Of a stretch of 64,000 nt of DNA, positions 61,357-64,000 are shown one piece after another. How positions within the stretch are numbered: the stretch's first letter is position 1; the number at the start of each line of letters is the position of its first letter. The notes beneath the pieces are model-generated. The model did not search any database. It was not told where the DNA came from and saw only the letters and a program-made list of their open reading frames with translations. Position numbers and translations under genes: made by a program. This stretch comes from an uncultured Rikenellaceae bacterium (GTDB taxonomy: Bacteria; Bacteroidota; Bacteroidia; Bacteroidales; VadinHA17): NCBI GenBank assembly GCA_964599235.1, contig CAZRDX010000052.1, positions 7,235 to 71,234 of the forward strand, written 5' to 3'.

Positions 61357-61698
61357 TCAGACGGCTTGCTCCTCTTCTTCCTGCTCATCCGCATAGCGGT
61401 AATAGATCTTCCCTTCCTTGAACTCTTCCAGGGCAATGGAGGTGGGCTTGGGAAGACGCTCATAGTAACGGGAGATCTCGATCTGCTCCTTGTTCTCCAT
61501 CACCTCCTCCAGATTGTCGGTGTAATAGGCGAACTCTTCCAGCTTCTTGTTAAGCTCCTGCTTGAGGTCCATGGCGATCTGATTGGCCCTTTTGGAGCAG
61601 ATGACCACCGTCTCGTAGATGTTGCCCGTGATCTCATCCAGTTTGTTGATGTCCTGGGTCACCGTCGTCACGGGTGCTTTGGTACGTTTGTAATCCAT
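61357..61698 (-). CDS. rpoZ: DNA-directed RNA polymerase subunit omega (Bacteroidota type)
   Basis: 113-aa ORF. NIYETVVICSKRANQI core and acidic C-terminus. Conserved position between bamD and coaBC. Confidence 0.7.
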   Translation of the reverse strand: MDYKRTKAPVTTVTQDINKLDEITGNIYETVVICSKRANQIAMDLKQELNKKLEEFAYYTDNLEEVMENKEQIEISRYYERLPKPTSIALEEFKEGKIYYRYADEQEEEEQAV

Positions 61699-61724
61699 AT
61701 TTTAAAAATTTTACGTTTTTCCGT

Positions 61725-62540
61725 TTATCTTGATGTCAGGTAATTATTGGCGTTGCGGTAGATCTTCTCGGCATCCTTGCGGAATTTGCTGTCGGGGAAC
61801 TCATCGATGAAGGAATAATAATCATCGACAGCTTCCTGGAATCTCTCAGCCTGTTTGGATGGAACGCTGTGGAGTGCATACAGATACCGGGAACGAAGGC
61901 GGAGGTACAACAGATCCTCACGGAACTTCGAGTCAGGGTAATCTTCCAGGCTGTTACCGATGGCCACGATGGCCGACTTGTAATATTCCAGCCGGTAATA
62001 AAGACGTGCCGCGAGGTAGGATTTCTCAGCCAGTTTATCATTGAGCTCTTTGGTGAGCTCGTCGATCTGTTTGTTGTATTTGCTGTTCGGGAAGCGGGTT
62101 TTGTGCAGGGTAAAAGCATTGAGCGCATTGTAGGTGTAACGCTGGTCCAGCTCCGGACGGGGGGAGAGTTTGTAATAACAATAGCCCATGAGGAAATCTG
62201 CCTCTTCGGCATGTTCGCTGTTGAGGTAAGTATGGGTGAAGGTCTCGAAATAATGGCTTGCCATCACAAAATCCCCCATTTCGTAATAAGCCTTGGCATG
62301 AAGATAATCGAGTTCCTCCGATTTGGTGGTACCTCTGAAGTGGGGAATGATCTGTTCGATAAGCCCGATAGCCTGGGTATATTTACCCAGCGCATAATAC
62401 TCCTTGGCCTTCTCGTATTTGAGGTCATAGTCCTGGCTCTTCAGCAGCTTGTCATACTCACCACAGGAGGCGGCCAGCATCGTCAATGCCAGAAAAGCTG
62501 TGAGCGAAATGAATGTACCACGTGATCCTTTACCCGCCAT
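61725..62540 (-). CDS. bamD: Outer membrane protein assembly factor BamD (TPR lipoprotein)
   Basis: 271-aa ORF with lipobox MLAASC. TPR-like repeats (YEKAKEYYALGKYTQAI, YLHAKAYYEMGDFVMA, LMGYCYYKLS). Confidence 0.85.
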   Translation of the reverse strand: MAGKGSRGTFISLTAFLALTMLAASCGEYDKLLKSQDYDLKYEKAKEYYALGKYTQAIGLIEQIIPHFRGTTKSEELDYLHAKAYYEMGDFVMASHYFETFTHTYLNSEHAEEADFLMGYCYYKLSPRPELDQRYTYNALNAFTLHKTRFPNSKYNKQIDELTKELNDKLAEKSYLAARLYYRLEYYKSAIVAIGNSLEDYPDSKFREDLLYLRLRSRYLYALHSVPSKQAERFQEAVDDYYSFIDEFPDSKFRKDAEKIYRNANNYLTSR

Positions 62541-62680
62541 CGTTTGTTCGATACCCTTGTCCTACCGTTCTCCCGGCACCATTTCAAACGCGCAAAAGTA
62601 ATGAATATTTTCCATTTAAACATGAAAAAAAGATTTTGCATGACTGCTCTACAAATATTTTTTGGTAGGGGGAAAAAGCG

Positions 62681-62688
62681 TAACTTTG
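62681..62688 (+). promoter_or_regulatory. Bacteroidota-type -7 promoter element TAACTTTG (TAnnTTTG)
   Basis: Exact match to the TAnnTTTG consensus, 47 nt upstream of GTG 62736. A TTTG lies at 62661-62664, a 16-nt gap that is shorter than I expect for the -33 element. Confidence 0.35.
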
Positions 62689-62735
62689 CTCCCTGTTCGT
62701 CAGACTTTGATTACTAACCCTAAAATTGTTATACA

Positions 62736-63986
62736 GTGGACCTTTTTGAAAAACTTTCGATAGACAACACCTCCCTGGGCAAGCATCACGAATATGCCGA
62801 CGGGTACATGATGTTTCCCAAGCTGGAAGGGGAGATCCAGCCCTGGATGATGTTCCGGGGCAAGCGGGTGCTCACCTGGAGCCTGAACAACTACATCGGG
62901 CTGGCCAATCATCCCGAGGTACGCAAGGTGGATGCCGAAGCGGCCCGGGAGTGGGGGCTGGCCTATCCGATGGGAGCCCGCATGATGTCGGGCCAGACGA
63001 CACAGCATGAACAGCTGGAACAGGAGCTGGCCGATTTTGTGGGCAAGGAGAGTGCTTATCTGCTCAACTACGGTTATCAGGGCATGCTGTCGATCATCGA
63101 TGCCCTGGTCGACCGCAAGGATGTGATCGTCTACGACTCGGAGTCGCATGCCTGTATCCTGGACGGTCTGCGCCTGCATATGGGCAAACGTTTCGTATAC
63201 CAGCACAACGACATGGAGAATCTGGAGACCCAGCTCAGGCGGGCGGTGAAGCTGGCCGACCAGAACGGCGGCGCCGTGCTGCTGATCACCGAGGGTGTGT
63301 TCGGCATGGCCGGCGACCTGGGACGGCTTGACAAGATCGTGGAGCTGAAGAAAAAATACAATTTCCGCATCCTGGTGGACGATGCCCACGGTTTCGGCAC
63401 GATGGGCCCCGAGGGGGCCGGCACGGGCACCCACTTCGGCCAGGACGTGCAGGACGAGATCGACGTCTATTTCGCCACTTTTGCCAAGGCCATGGCCGGC
63501 ATCGGCGGTTTCGTGGCCAGCACCAAAGAGGTGGTACGCTACCTGCGTTTCAATATGCGGTCGCAGATCTTCGCCAAGTCGCTCCCTATGGCGATGGTCA
63601 TCGGAGCCCGCAAGCGTCTGGAGCTGCTGAAGACACAGCCCGAACTGCGGGAAAAGCTGTGGCATATCGTGCGACTGCTGCAGGAAGGACTGAAAGAGGC
63701 AGGGATGAACATCGGTAACACCGAGTCGCCCGTCACCCCTGTCTTCCTCGAAGGCAACGAGTTCGAAGGAGCCAACCTGGTGGTCGACCTGCGGGAGAAC
63801 CACAAGGTGTTCTGTTCCATCGTCATTTACCCCGTCGTGCCGAAAGGCACCATCATGCTGCGCCTCATCCCCACGGCCGTCCACACCGAAGAGGACGTGC
63901 GCTACACCATTGACGCCTTCAAGGCCATCAGCGACAAGCTGAAATACGGAAAATACAACAAGGAGAAGGTGGTTTTTGAACAATGA
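62736..63986 (+). CDS. Alpha-oxoamine synthase family PLP enzyme (KBL/BioF/serine-palmitoyltransferase-like)
   Basis: 416-aa ORF with a GTG start. LTWSLNNYIGLANHPEV, DDAHGFG, and the PLP-lysine context TFAKAMAGIGG. Confidence 0.85.
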   Translation: MDLFEKLSIDNTSLGKHHEYADGYMMFPKLEGEIQPWMMFRGKRVLTWSLNNYIGLANHPEVRKVDAEAAREWGLAYPMGARMMSGQTTQHEQLEQELADFVGKESAYLLNYGYQGMLSIIDALVDRKDVIVYDSESHACILDGLRLHMGKRFVYQHNDMENLETQLRRAVKLADQNGGAVLLITEGVFGMAGDLGRLDKIVELKKKYNFRILVDDAHGFGTMGPEGAGTGTHFGQDVQDEIDVYFATFAKAMAGIGGFVASTKEVVRYLRFNMRSQIFAKSLPMAMVIGARKRLELLKTQPELREKLWHIVRLLQEGLKEAGMNIGNTESPVTPVFLEGNEFEGANLVVDLRENHKVFCSIVIYPVVPKGTIMLRLIPTAVHTEEDVRYTIDAFKAISDKLKYGKYNKEKVVFEQ

Positions 63987-64000
63987 CCACCGGACAGCTA

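Overview
This is a high-GC (about 60 percent by eye) chromosomal segment with Bacteroidota hallmarks: a SusC/SusD pair, many lipoprotein glycoside hydrolases, A-rich start contexts that mostly lack a Shine-Dalgarno, and the bamD-rpoZ-coaBC-DUF4835-recN block.
(1) 59-38992 holds 21 co-directional + strand genes, several joined by 4-nt ATGA/GTGA start-stop overlaps, encoding secreted or lipid-anchored carbohydrate-active proteins. These are a BNR sialidase-like protein, two GH92 alpha-mannosidases, GH31, GH2, GH78, a GDPD phosphodiesterase, a purple-acid-type metallophosphoesterase, two tandem FG-GAP propeller proteins, two paralogous propeller-plus-helical-domain proteins of unknown function, DUF3748, a degenerate Nramp-fold transporter, NagB, and a DUF1080 / TAT-exported Gfo-Idh-MocA / DUF6807 trio.
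(2) 39056-44121 is a susD/susC-like pair on the - strand, convergent with array 1 across a bidirectional terminator.
(3) 44390-49960 is a second + strand cluster (C45 Ntn hydrolase, alpha/beta hydrolase, GH31-like, ChbG/YdjC deacetylase, DUF2141) diverging from susC.
(4) 49965-57455 holds a DASS transporter and a membrane-bound [NiFe] uptake-type hydrogenase cluster: maturation protease, hypC, a sensor-less sigma-54 activator, a candidate -24/-12 promoter, a small ORF, and the small, large and cytochrome b subunits.
(5) 57456-63986 holds housekeeping genes.
No rRNA, tRNA, CRISPR array, transposase or integrase was recognised.
The most interesting items are the uncharacterised paralog pair flanking the second GH92, the FG-GAP tandem, the redox trio and the hydrogenase sigma-54 circuit. 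Three compact non-coding oddities also stand out: 12-bp-periodic AT palindromes at 5519-5570, a 12-bp-periodic TACGTA triplet at 49370-49402, and a perfect 13-nt Shine-Dalgarno at 51489-51501.
All functional calls rest on motif recognition by eye. No database search or computation was possible.
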